A DNA stretch of 64,000 nt from an uncultured Candidatus Rokubacteria bacterium. GTDB taxonomy: Bacteria; Methylomirabilota; Methylomirabilia; Rokubacteriales; CSP1-6. Both the position numbers and the translations under genes were made by a program. The stretch is from assembly GCA_963747235.1 (NCBI GenBank), contig CAVVEU010000028.1, positions 12,287 to 76,286 of the forward strand, in the 5' to 3' direction. The notes under the pieces were generated by a model. It ran no database searches, was not told the DNA's origin, and was given only the letters and a program-made list of their open reading frames with translations. Shown one piece after another: positions 11,149-21,484 of the stretch. Position 1 is the stretch's first letter. Each line of letters opens with the position of its first letter.

Positions 11149-12317
11149 GCCCGGCGCCACCCGCGCCCGCGGAGCGCCTGCTGGACTGCGTGCGGATCCT
11201 CGCCCCGCTGGTCGAGGCCGAGCGCCGGAGCCTGGACGCCGAGCGGAAGCTGTCGCCGAGCCTGCTCGAGGCGCTCCACACGTCCGGCCTCTTCCGGCTG
11301 TGGCTTCCCCGGCGCTTGCACGGCGCCGAGCTCGATCCCGTCTCGGGGCTCCGCGTGATCGCGGCCGTCTCCGCGCTCGACGGCTCGGTGGGCTGGAGCG
11401 TGATGGTGGCCGCGGCGTGGGGCTTCTTCGCGGGCCGCCTCCCCGCGCGCGCGGCCGCCCGGATCTTCGGCGACCGGCGAGCCGTGGTGGCCGGGCACCT
11501 GGCGCCCTTCGGGCGGGCCGAGGCGATCAGGGGCGGCTACCGCGCGAGTGGACGCTGGCCCTTCGGCAGCGGCAGCCAGCACGCCACGTGGTTCCTCGCC
11601 CACTGCGAGCTGCGGAAGGATGGGCGGGCGCGCCGGCGGCCCACCGGGCGCCCCAGGACGCGCTTGCTCTTCGTCCCGGCCGACCAGTGCCGGATCCACG
11701 ACACGTGGCACGTGACCGGCCTGCGCGGGACGGGCAGCCACGACTACTCGGTGAAGGACGTGACGGTGCCGGCCGCGCACAGCGTGGACGTCCTGGCCGA
11801 TCGGCTGACGCGGCGCGAGCGCCTGTACGCGTTCCCGCTCATCCCGTTCGTCGAGGCCGCCGTCGGGGCCGTGCCGATCGGGATCGCCCGCGCGGCTCTC
11901 GACGCGTTCACGGAGGTGGCGAAGACCAGGCGCGCGTACCGGTCACGTCGGTTGCTCCGCGCGGATCCATCCACGCAGCGGGAGATCGGCCGGGCGGAGC
12001 TGCACGTGCGCTCGGCGGAAGCGCTGCTCTTCACCGCCGTCGAGGACATGTGGCGCACGGTCCAGGCGGGCCGGCGGCCCACGCTCGAGCAGCGGGCCCA
12101 GCTCCGCGTGGGATGCGTGAACGCCGGGGTGAGCGCGGCCCTGGCGGTGGATATCGTGTACCGTCTCGGCGGCGCGGCCTCCATCTTCGAGGGCAACCGG
12201 ATCGAGCGGTGCTTCCGCGACGTCCATACCGCCGCCCAGCACAGCGCGCTGGCCCCGAGGACGCTCGAGCTGGTCGGGCAGGCGCGCCTGGGCGTGGACG
12301 CCCCGGGCCTTCTCTAG
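11145..12317 (+). CDS. acyl-CoA dehydrogenase-fold flavin-dependent monooxygenase
   Basis: GRWPFGSG, DTWHVTGLRGTGSHD, ERCFRDVH. Confidence 0.85.
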   Translation: MSPAPPAPAERLLDCVRILAPLVEAERRSLDAERKLSPSLLEALHTSGLFRLWLPRRLHGAELDPVSGLRVIAAVSALDGSVGWSVMVAAAWGFFAGRLPARAAARIFGDRRAVVAGHLAPFGRAEAIRGGYRASGRWPFGSGSQHATWFLAHCELRKDGRARRRPTGRPRTRLLFVPADQCRIHDTWHVTGLRGTGSHDYSVKDVTVPAAHSVDVLADRLTRRERLYAFPLIPFVEAAVGAVPIGIARAALDAFTEVAKTRRAYRSRRLLRADPSTQREIGRAELHVRSAEALLFTAVEDMWRTVQAGRRPTLEQRAQLRVGCVNAGVSAALAVDIVYRLGGAASIFEGNRIERCFRDVHTAAQHSALAPRTLELVGQARLGVDAPGLL

Positions 12318-12387
12318 TCGCCCCGTCCCCACGTTGACAGCATGACCGCCCGCCCTTATGGTGTGCGGGCACAAGGAGGCCCTACCC

Positions 12388-13257
12388 ATGCTGCAGCGCC
12401 AGGTCGGTGAGGTCGTCATCAACCGTGTCATCGAGTCCGAGCGGCCGGACTTCGACGCCGCCGGGTTCTTCCCGAAGGTCACGCCCGAGCAGTGGGCGCC
12501 CTACCGGCAGCGGCTCGCGGGCTGGGCCATGGACGTCGGCCTGAACAACCTCGTGTTCCCGATGCAGTCGTTCCTGCTCCGCACGCGGCACCACACCATC
12601 GTGGTGGACACCTGCGTGGGCGACCACAAGGAGCGGGCGCGGGCCAACTGGAACATGACGTCGAGCGGCGAGTACCTGAAGCGCTTCGCCGAGACCGGCG
12701 TCCGGCCCGAGCAGGTGGACTTCGTGATGACCACGCACTTCCACACCGACCACGTCGGCTGGAACACGCGCTGGGAGAACGGGCGCTGGGTGCCGACCTT
12801 CCCCAACGCGAAGTACGTCATGTCCGAGAAGGAGTGGACGTACTGGTCGGCCATGCACAAGGAGACCCCGCAGAACCAGATCGCGGACAGCGTGATCCCC
12901 ATCGTCGAGGCGGGCCGCGCCCAGCTCGTGCGCAACGACTTCGCGATCGACGACGAGGTCCGCTTCGAGTCCACCGCGGGGCACACGCCCGACCACATGA
13001 GCGTGCACGTCCAGTCCAACGGCCAGCACGCGGTGATCACCGGCGACCTGATCCACTCCCCGGTGCAGCTCCAGGAGACCGCGTGGGTGACGCGGCCCGA
13101 CTTCGACCCCCAGCAGGCCGCCGCGACCCGGCGCTCCTTCCTCGAGCGGTACTGCGAGCAGGACGTGCTCGTGTGCGCCTCACACTTCCCCTCGCCCTCC
13201 TTCGGCCGCGTCGTGCGCGAGGGCAACGGGTTCTGGTTCGAGTACGCGAAGGCCTGA
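12388..13257 (+). CDS. metallo-beta-lactamase fold hydrolase
   Basis: THFHTDHVGWN, GHTPDH, GDLIH, SHF; AGGAGG RBS; TTGACA/TATGGT promoter upstream. Confidence 0.9.
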   Translation: MLQRQVGEVVINRVIESERPDFDAAGFFPKVTPEQWAPYRQRLAGWAMDVGLNNLVFPMQSFLLRTRHHTIVVDTCVGDHKERARANWNMTSSGEYLKRFAETGVRPEQVDFVMTTHFHTDHVGWNTRWENGRWVPTFPNAKYVMSEKEWTYWSAMHKETPQNQIADSVIPIVEAGRAQLVRNDFAIDDEVRFESTAGHTPDHMSVHVQSNGQHAVITGDLIHSPVQLQETAWVTRPDFDPQQAAATRRSFLERYCEQDVLVCASHFPSPSFGRVVREGNGFWFEYAKA

Positions 13258-13283
13258 GCCGACCATCTCGACAGGAGACCATC

Positions 13284-14381
13284 ATGCGCATCACCGCCGC
13301 CGTGCTCCACGACGTCAACAAGCCCTATTCGATCGAGACCGTGGAGCTCGACCCGCCCCGGCGCGGCGAGGTCCTCGTCAAGGTGCGCGCGGCCGGCGTC
13401 TGCCGCAGTGACCTGCACTTCCAGAAGGGCGAGGCGACCATCGCCCTGCCCGCGGTGCTGGGCCACGAGGGCTCCGGCACCGTCTAGGCGGTGGGAGACG
13501 GCGTGACCCTGGTCAAGCCGGGCGATCGCGTCATCCTGAGCTTCGTGCCCAACTGCGGCCACTGCCCCTCGTGCGAGACCGGGCGGCCCTACCTCTGCGA
13601 CGAGCACGCGCGCACCACCGGCAAGCTCTTCGACAACACCTCGCGCCTGCACACCCTCGCCGGCCAGGACCTGGCCCACATGGGCAAGGTGGCGTGCTTC
13701 GCCGAGCACGCGGTGGTCCCCGAGGCGGGCTGCATCCCCGCGCCCGCCGGCCTCGACTTTCCCCAGATGGCGCTCATCGGCTGCAGCGTCACCACCGGCG
13801 TCGGCGCCGCGCTGTTCAACGCGGGCGTGCAGCCGGGCGACAGCGTGGCGGTCATCGGCTGCGGCGGCGTGGGTCTGAACGTCCTGCAGGGCGCGCGGCT
13901 CGCCGGGGCCACCACGATCGTGGCGGTGGACGTCAAGGGCGCGGCGCTCGACTTCGCGCGGAAGTTCGGCGCCACCCACATGGTGAACGCGCGCACCGAG
14001 AACGCGGTCGAGCGCGTGAAGGCGCTCACCGGCGGGGGCGCGCACTGGGCCTTCGAGGCCTACGGCAGCGGGGCCACCACCCGCATGGCGGTGGACATGG
14101 TGCGCAAGCGCGGCACCGCGGTCATCGTGGGCATCGCCCCGATCGGCGACGACGCGGTGATCGAGCCGGTGGTCATCACGCGGATGGAGAAGACGATCCG
14201 CGGCTGCTACTACGGCACCGCCCGGCCCCGCCAGGACATGCCGCGCATCGCGGACTGGTACGGCCGCGGCCTGCTCGACATCGACGGCCTGGTGACCCGG
14301 CGCTACCCGCTGGCCGACATCAACCGGGCCTACGAGGATCTCGACACCGACCTGGTGGGGCGCGGCGTCATCGTCTTCTGA
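13284..14381 (+). pseudogene. Zn-dependent alcohol dehydrogenase interrupted by an in-frame TAG at 13485-13487
   Basis: GVCRSD, GHEGSG, CGHCPSC...C, GCGGVG; same frame continues across TAG where Glu (GAG) is expected. Confidence 0.8.
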
Positions 14382-15411
14382 TGACTGTCCAGAAGAAGAA
14401 CGCACGACTGGCTCGCGCTGAACGGTCGAGGAGCCGATCGAGCCCGATCTGCCGATCTGCGACCCGCATCATCATCTGTGGGACGGTGAGACCGCCCGCG
14501 TGGTCCCGCGCTATCTCCTCGACGAGATCCTGGAGGACACGCGGGCCGGCCACAACATCGTCTCCACCGTGTTCATCGAGTGCGGCGCGATGTTCAAGCC
14601 CGACGGGCCGGAGGCCCTGCGCGCGGTCGGGGAGACCGAGTTCGTGAACGGCATCGCGGCGATGAGCGCCTCCGGCCTCTACGGCCCGACGCGCGTCGCC
14701 GCCGGCATCGTGGGCACCGCGCAGCTCCGCCTGGGCGCGGCCGCGGCGCCGGTGCTCGACGCGCAGATCGCGGCCGGGGGCGGGCGCTTCCGCGGCATCC
14801 GCCTGGGGGCGGCCTGGGATGCCGACCCGGCCGTGGGCAACCACCGCACCCGCCCGCCGCAGGGCATGCTCGGGCACGAGGACTTTCGCGCCGGCTTCGC
14901 GCTGCTGGCGCCGCGACGGCTCACGTTCGAGGCGTGGTGCTATCACCGCCAGATCCCCGACGTGACCGCGCTGGCCCGCGCCTTCCCCGACACCACGATC
15001 ATCCTCGACCACTTCGGCGGCCCGCCGGGTGTCGGCTCCTACGCGGGCCGGGCCAAGGAAGTCTACGCGGAGTGGCGCGGCTTCATCACCGAGCTCGCCA
15101 CCTGCCCCAACGTGGTGGCCAAGCTGGGCGGCATCAACATGGAGGTCAACGGCTTCGCCTGGCACGAGCGGCCCCGGCCGCCGTCCAGCCAGGAGCTGGC
15201 CGACGCGACGCGGCCCTACTACGAGTACACCATCGAGAAATTCGGCGTGGACCGCTGCATGTTCGAGTCCAACTTCCCGGTGGACGCGGTGAGCTGCAGC
15301 TACACCGTGCTCTGGAACTCGTTCAAGCGCCTCACCGCGAAGTACTCGGCGGCGGAGAAGGCGAAGCTGTACCACGATACCGCCGCGCGGGTGTACCGCC
15401 TCACCGGCTGA
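14381..15411 (+). CDS. amidohydrolase_2 family protein (frameshift near N-terminus)
   Basis: DPHHHLWD, LDHFGGP, KLGG, CMFESNFPVD. Confidence 0.85.
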
Positions 15412-15433
15412 TCCCGCCGGGCCGGATCGACGG

Positions 15434-15463
15434 TTGACAGGCCCGCCCGGCCCCTGCTACGGT
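15434..15463 (+). promoter_or_regulatory. sigma70 promoter with extended -10
   Basis: TTGACA-18 nt-(TGC)TACGGT. Confidence 0.65.
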
Positions 15464-15469
15464 CCGCGT

Positions 15470-15678
15470 GTTCGACCGTGGTAACCGTCCGAGACCGCTC
15501 CGGCCCATCCTGAGACGGCGCGAGCGCAGGTCGTCCGTGATCGGCTTCCCGGGGCGACGGGCCCGTCAGGCCCGGGGAAGCGTGTATGCCTCGAAGGCGA
15601 GGTCTTCCGGACGTTCATCCATCACGGGCTCATCCGGCCCAGAACCCTACCCTGTCCGACGCGTTCGGGAGGTGCCCC
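15470..15678 (+). ncRNA. candidate structured cis-regulatory leader RNA (family not recognised)
   Basis: Nested helices 15476-82/15621-27, 15486-91/15608-13 and 15492-96/15601-05 enclose three hairpins; lies between the promoter and the ABC SBP start. Confidence 0.55.
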
Positions 15679-17299
15679 ATGACCGCTCCCATCCGACGGC
15701 GCCCTCTCCTCGTTGCCCTGATGACGTTCACCATGCTCGCGGGCTCGCTGCTCGCGGCGACATCCGCCGTGGTCCAGGCAGCGGAGACGCCGCGCCGCGG
15801 CGGGGTCCTGCTGGCCGTGATCGGCGCGGATCCGCCGAGCCTCGACCCCCACCAGGAGAGCACCTTCGCCAACATCCAGCTGGTGGCGCCGCTGTACAAC
15901 ACGCTGCTCCATCTCGATCCCTACAACTATCCCGAAGATCATCGGCGACCTCGCCACCGAGTGGAAGATCTCGCCGGACGGGCTCACCTACACCTTCAAG
16001 ATCCATCCGGGCGTCAAGTTCCACGACGGCTCCCCGCTGACCGCGGCCGACGTCAAGGCCACCTACGACAAGATCATCTTCCCGCCGCAGGGCGTCCGCA
16101 GCGTGCGGCAGAACGCCTACACCGCGGTCGCCCAGGTCGAGGCGCCCGACGTCACCACGGTGGTGTTCAAGCTGAAATTCCCCTCCTCGTCGCTCCTGTC
16201 CAACCTGGCCTCGCCCTGGAACGTGATCTACCCGAAGAAGTACCTCGACCAGGACCCCAACTACTTCAAGACGCACGCGATCGGCTCCGGCCCCTTCAAG
16301 TTCAAGAGCTACACCCGGGGCGCCACGTTCGAAGGCGAGCGCAACCCGGGCTACTGGGTCAAGGACCGCCCCTACCTGGACGGGTACAAGTTCTTCATCA
16401 GCCCGGAGACCTCGGTGCGGGCGGCGGCCGTCCGCTCGGGGCGCGCCTACGTGGAGTTCCGGGACCTGCCCAGCGCGGAAGTGGACGCGATCCGCAAGCA
16501 GCTCGGCGACAAGGTCACGGTGCAGGAGACCGCGATGACCGGCCAGTGGGGCATCGCGATCAACAACACCGCGAAGCCGTTCAACGACGTGCGGGTGCGC
16601 AAGGCGCTCACCCTGGGGATCGATCGCTACACGATGGCCAGGGTGCTGCAGCCCCTCACCGGGCTCCGCTACGTGGGCGGCCTGATGCGCCCGGGCTCGG
16701 AGTGGGCGCTGGCGCCGGCCGAGCTGGAGAAGCTCCCCGGCTTCGGGCGCGACATGGACAAGAACCGGGCGGAGGCGCGCAAGCTCCTCGCCGAGGCCGG
16801 CTATCCCAACGGCCTCAAGGTCGTCCTGAAGAACCGCAACGTGAAGCTGCCCTACCAGGACTTCGCGGTGTTCCTCATCCAGGAATGGCGCAAGATCGGG
16901 GTCGAGGCCGAGAACCGGCCGCTCGAGACCGCGGCCTGGTTCAACGACGGGCAGAACACCGGGAACTTCGAATTGATCGTCGCCCCCACCGTGGAGTTCA
17001 TGGACGACCCCGATCAGTTCCTCGGCCGCTACGCGACCGGGAGCACCCAGAACTGGGGCCGCTTCTCCGACCCCCGGGTCGACGATCTCTTCTCGCGACA
17101 GGCCCGGTCGCTCGATCCGGCCGAGCGCAAGCGGCTCATCCACGAGATGGAGCAGCTCGTCCTGGAGAACGCCTACGCCATGCCCGGCCTCTGGTGGTCG
17201 CGCAACCTGGTGCACTGGACCAAGGTGAAGAACTACATCGCGCCGCCGACCCACTACACCAACCAGCGGCTCCAGGACGTCTGGCTCTCCGAGGACTGA
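15679..17299 (+). CDS. ABC transporter substrate-binding protein, peptide/nickel family 5 (frameshift near 15935)
   Basis: Signal peptide, DPPSLDPH, VKFHDGSPLTAADVKAT, GSGPFKF, PFNDVRVRKAL. Confidence 0.9.
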
Positions 17300-17320
17300 T
17301 CGGTCAGGGCCGAGGGCGGC

Positions 17321-18279
17321 ATGCGCACGTACCTGACCAAGCGCCTCCTGCTGATGATCCCGACCCTGCTCGGGGTGGCCGCGGTGGTGTTCGTCATCAT
17401 GCGCGTCATCCCGGGAGACGTGACGCTCCTCATCCTGGGCGGCGACCAGACCGGGCGGATCGATCCGAAGCAGGTGGCGGCGATGCGCCAGGAGCTCGGG
17501 CTGGATCAGGCGCTCGCGGTGCAGTTCGGCCAGTGGCTGTGGGGCGTGCTCCGCCTCGACTTCGGCAACTCGCTCTGGACGGGACAACCGGTCATCGAGG
17601 AGGTGCTCATCCGCCTGCCGCTGAGCCTCGAGGTGGCCATCCTGGCCACCATCGTGTCCGTGCTGCTGGCCATCCCGCTCGGCATGCTCGCGGCGGTGCG
17701 GCAGGATACGTGGGTGGACTACGTCATCCGGGTGCTGAGCATCGGGGGCCAGGCCATCCCGTCGTTCTGGGTCGGGATCCTCGTCATTCTCTTCCTGGTG
17801 ATCTACTTCGGCTGGGGCCCGCCGCTCGAGTTCACCCCGCCGTGGGTGGACCCGTGGGCCAACTTCCAGCAGCTCGTCTGGCCGGTGGCGACCATCGGCT
17901 ATCGCTACGCGGCGGTCACCACCCGGATGACGCGCTCCACCGTGCTCGAGGTGCTGCGCGAGGACTACATCCGCACCGCGTGGGCCAAGGGGCTGCGGAA
18001 GCGCGAGCGGTGGTCATCCGCCACGCGCTCAAGAACGCGATGCTACCGGTGATCACCCTGATCGGCACCGAGTTCGCCTTCCTCATCGGCGGCCTCGTGG
18101 TGACCGAGACCGTCTTCACCCTGAACGGGGTGGGCCGCTTCGTGGTGGACGCGGTCGCCCATCGCGACTACCCGGTGGTGCAGGCCCTCGTCTTCCTGAT
18201 CGCGCTCTGCTTCGTGGTCGTCAACCTCCTGATCGACCTCACCTACGCGTGGCTCGACCCGCGCATCCGGTACCACTGA
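17321..18279 (+). CDS. ABC permease DppB/OppB-like (frameshift near 18000)
   Basis: EDYIRTAWAKG, HALKNAMLP, YAWLDPRI. Confidence 0.9.
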
Positions 18280-18280
18280 G

Positions 18281-19184
18281 ATGAGCGTCGACAGCTCGCT
18301 CATCGGCGCCTCCGCGACCGCGCCCCTGGCCCCGCGGCTCACCTGGCCCGAGCAGGTGTGGACCTTCGCCCGGGCCAAGCCGCTCGGCGCGGCGGGGGCC
18401 TTCATCATCCTGGTCATGCTGCTCGTGGCCCTGCCTCGCTCCCGCGCTCGCGCCCTACGACCCGTACGTGCCCGACTACGCGGCCCAGTTCGCCCGGCCC
18501 TCCGCGGACCACTGGTTCGGGACCGACGAGTTCGGGCGCGACGTGCTGAGCCGCATCATGTACGGCGCGCGCATCGCGCTCTTCGTGGGTTTCGTCGCAT
18601 CCTTCGCGGGCTGCTCGCTCGGCGGGCTGCTGGGGGTCGTCAGCGCCTACTGCGGCGGCACGATGGACCTACTCCTCGAGCGGGTGATGGACGTGCTGCT
18701 CGCCTTCCCGCAGCTGATCCTGGCCCTCGCGGTGGCCTCGATCCTCGGGCCGGCGGTGCCCAACGTGGTGATCGCGGTGGCGATCCCGATCATCCCGCGG
18801 GCGGCCCGGGTGGTGCGGGCCACCGCGCTGTCCATCAAGGAGAACCAGTACGTGGAGGCGGCCCACGGCCTCGGGGCCTCGCACTACCGCGTGGTCGGGC
18901 AGCATCTCCTCCCGAACGTGTTCGCCCCCTACCTGATCATGCTGACCGCGCAGCTCGGCACCGCGATCCTCGCCGAGGCCGCGCTGTCCTACCTGGGGCT
19001 GGGCGCCGCGGAGCCGACGCCCTCGTGGGGGCTCATGCTCTCGGGCTCTGCGCCGTCCTACGCCGAGAAGGCGCCGTGGATCGGTCTCTTCCCCGGCATC
19101 GCGATCAGCCTCGCCGTCTTCGGCTTCAGCCTGTTCGGCGACTCCCTGCGGGACGCGCTCGATCCGAAGCTGCGCGGCAAGTAG
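18281..19184 (+). CDS. ABC permease DppC/OppC-like (frameshift)
   Basis: HWFGTDEFGRD, YVEAA, GDSLRDALDPK. Confidence 0.9.
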
Positions 19185-19192
19185 CCGACGAC

Positions 19193-19759
19193 CTAGCGCA
19201 CGCGGCGACCGATCCGGCTCCACCGCGTGTTCCCGCCGGAATCCGAGGACCAGTAGACCCAGGTCGCCAGGCCAATGATCTGGGTTTGCGCCAGCGGCCC
19301 CCAGTGGCGGCTGTCCTCTCCCGCGTTCCGGTTGTCGGCCATCACGAAGACGTGACCCGACGGGATCTCGAGTCGCTCCACGTCCTTGGCCGCGCGCACC
19401 TCGTCGGTGAAGTCCGCGTAGGGCTCGGCGAGCGGCCGGCACCCGTCCATCCGGGGCTCGCAGTTGATGTACACGTCGCGGCCCTGGACGACGATCTCCT
19501 CTCCGCCCAGGCCGACGATCCGCTTCACCAGCGTCTCGCTCGCGTCGCTCGGGTCGGTGAAGACGACGAGATCGCCCCGCTTCCGCCAGTGCGCGGCCTT
19601 GTCCATCATGACGTAGTCCCCCACCAGGAGGGTCGGGGCCATGGACGTGGACGGGATCCAGACGCCCTCGAAGCGGTGTCGCACGGCGAGGGGCAGCGCG
19701 ACGACGAGCGCGAGCACTCCGAGCATGACGACGATCCAGAAGACGCGGCCGATGGCCAT
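19193..19759 (-). CDS. lepB: signal peptidase I
   Basis: IPSTSMAPTL (Ser), LVKRIVG (Lys), DNRNAGEDSRHWG. Confidence 0.85.
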   Translation of the reverse strand: MAIGRVFWIVVMLGVLALVVALPLAVRHRFEGVWIPSTSMAPTLLVGDYVMMDKAAHWRKRGDLVVFTDPSDASETLVKRIVGLGGEEIVVQGRDVYINCEPRMDGCRPLAEPYADFTDEVRAAKDVERLEIPSGHVFVMADNRNAGEDSRHWGPLAQTQIIGLATWVYWSSDSGGNTRWSRIGRRVR

Positions 19760-19809
19760 GCGATCACTATAGACGGACAGCGGCCAGGAGAGGCATGCTT
19801 CATGGCGAG

Positions 19810-20661
19810 ATGAGCACTCCCGCCCTCGACGAGTCACGAGATCGCGTGCTGAAGACGGCCGGAGACGGCGGCATCGTCCTCGCCCACGCCACCGCGGCGC
19901 GGGCGGTGGCGGCCTGGACGCTGGCGCCGGCGCCCCGGGATCCGGCCCGCCATGTCGAGACGGCCCACACGCAGGCCCGCCGTCATCTCGCGCGTCTCAC
20001 CCGGCACGATCCCGCCCGCGACGTGCTGGCGGTCATGACCGACGAGCTCTTCTTCCGATTGACCGACGCCCGACCGGCGCCCCTCACCGCGCCCGCGAGT
20101 GTGAGCCGATTCACCTACACGCCGCGCAAGGCCCTGCGCCGCGTGCTCGATCACGCGCTGGATCATCTGAACCAGATCGACCAGTGGCTGGCGTGGCAGC
20201 ATCACGGGGTCGTCCCGGTGCCGACCGATGGATGGGTCCCGTCCACGGTGACCCTGCCCGATGATCGCCTGCCCCTGGCCCCGGCCGATCTCGACGCGTG
20301 GCTCTGGCGCATCGACCAGGCCACCCGGCTCGTCGTCCAGCGGGCGGCGGCGCTCAGCCGGGCCGAGCTGGATTGGCTGCCGCCCGATGGAGGCTGGCCT
20401 CTCCGGCGCGTGCTCCATCACCTGGCCCGGTCGGAGCGTCTCTACGCGGCCGCGCTCGACGAGGCGCTGCTGGACGACGATCCGGCGCGCCGCTACGAGG
20501 AGGCGAGCCGGCGCCTCGACGACGGCGTGCGCGCGGCCCGGGATCGCGGGCGGGACGAGTCGATCGTCTATGCCGGTCTCTACGGCGTGCTGCAGACGCC
20601 GGAAGAGGTGGTGGCCCTCGTGCTCACCATCGAGGGCGAGCTGCTGGCCCAGGCCCCTTGA
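19810..20661 (+). CDS. DinB-like superfamily protein
   Basis: YTPRKALRRVLDHALDH and GWPLRRVLHHL, two DinB-like repeats. Confidence 0.6.
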   Translation: MSTPALDESRDRVLKTAGDGGIVLAHATAARAVAAWTLAPAPRDPARHVETAHTQARRHLARLTRHDPARDVLAVMTDELFFRLTDARPAPLTAPASVSRFTYTPRKALRRVLDHALDHLNQIDQWLAWQHHGVVPVPTDGWVPSTVTLPDDRLPLAPADLDAWLWRIDQATRLVVQRAAALSRAELDWLPPDGGWPLRRVLHHLARSERLYAAALDEALLDDDPARRYEEASRRLDDGVRAARDRGRDESIVYAGLYGVLQTPEEVVALVLTIEGELLAQAP

Positions 20662-20666
20662 CCTCC

Positions 20667-21452
20667 ATGGTGACGACAGGACTTGTCGGCCTGATTCTGC
20701 TAGCATCTGGCGCCATGGCCGACATCACGCCCGCCGTCCGCGCCGATCTCGCTCCGACCGGGAAGCTCCGGGCCGCCATCAACTACGGCAACTTCATCCT
20801 CGCCACCAAGGACAAGGCCACCGGGGAGTCCCGGGGCGCGGCCGTGGACCTGACGCAGGAGATCGCGAAGCGGCTGGGCGTCCCGGTCGAGATCGTCGCG
20901 TACGACAGCGTGGCGATCATGGGCGACGCGGCGCCGAGCGGCGTGTGGGACATCGCCTTCCTCGGATCCGACCCGGCGCGCGAGAAGATCATGAGCTTCA
21001 CCGCCGCGTATCTCGAGATCGAGGCGACCTATCTCGTGTCCGGCGCGTCGCCGCTGCGCACCGCCGCGGAGGTCGATCGGGAGGGCGTGCGCGTGGCCGC
21101 GCCGGCCCGCGCGAACTACGAGCTCTACCTGAGCCGCAATCTCAAGCGCGCGCAGCTCGTGTCCGCGCCGAGCGCCGACGCGGCGTTCGAGCTGCTCGCC
21201 ACCGGCAAGGTGGACGCCCTGGCTGGCCTGACGCAGGGCCTGCTCGGCCTCGCCCCGAAGCTGCCGGGCTCGCGCCTGGTCGAGGGGCGATTCATGGGCG
21301 TGCAGCAGTCCATCGCGGTCCCGAAGGGCAAGGACGCCGGCCTGCTCTACCTGCGCGGCGTCGTCGAAGACGCCAAGAAGTCCGGCCTCGTGGCCCGCGC
21401 CATCGAGCGCACCGGCGCCAAGGGCGTCTCGGTGGCGCCGCTCGCACCGTAG
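20667..21452 (+). CDS. ABC substrate-binding protein, family 3 (alternative start 20715)
   Basis: LAPTGKLRAAINYGN, WDIAFL..DPAR. Confidence 0.8.
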   Translation: MVTTGLVGLILLASGAMADITPAVRADLAPTGKLRAAINYGNFILATKDKATGESRGAAVDLTQEIAKRLGVPVEIVAYDSVAIMGDAAPSGVWDIAFLGSDPAREKIMSFTAAYLEIEATYLVSGASPLRTAAEVDREGVRVAAPARANYELYLSRNLKRAQLVSAPSADAAFELLATGKVDALAGLTQGLLGLAPKLPGSRLVEGRFMGVQQSIAVPKGKDAGLLYLRGVVEDAKKSGLVARAIERTGAKGVSVAPLAP

Positions 21453-21484
21453 CGAACTGCACCCGACTCTCTGGAGGCCTCGCC

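Noticed and set aside
13485-13487. Pyrrolysine or genome-wide TAG recoding
   Set aside because: TAG ends many genes here at the expected C-termini, and the position is a non-catalytic Glu
15564-15583. GTCAGGCCCGGGGAAGC resembles SRP RNA domain IV
   Set aside because: Lacks the GNRA tetraloop and the AGCAG internal-loop strand
15509-15600. CTGAGA suggests a TPP riboswitch or hammerhead core
   Set aside because: The remaining conserved elements (TPP CCTGA...AxxxGCGxAGG; hammerhead CUGANGA plus GAAA) are absent
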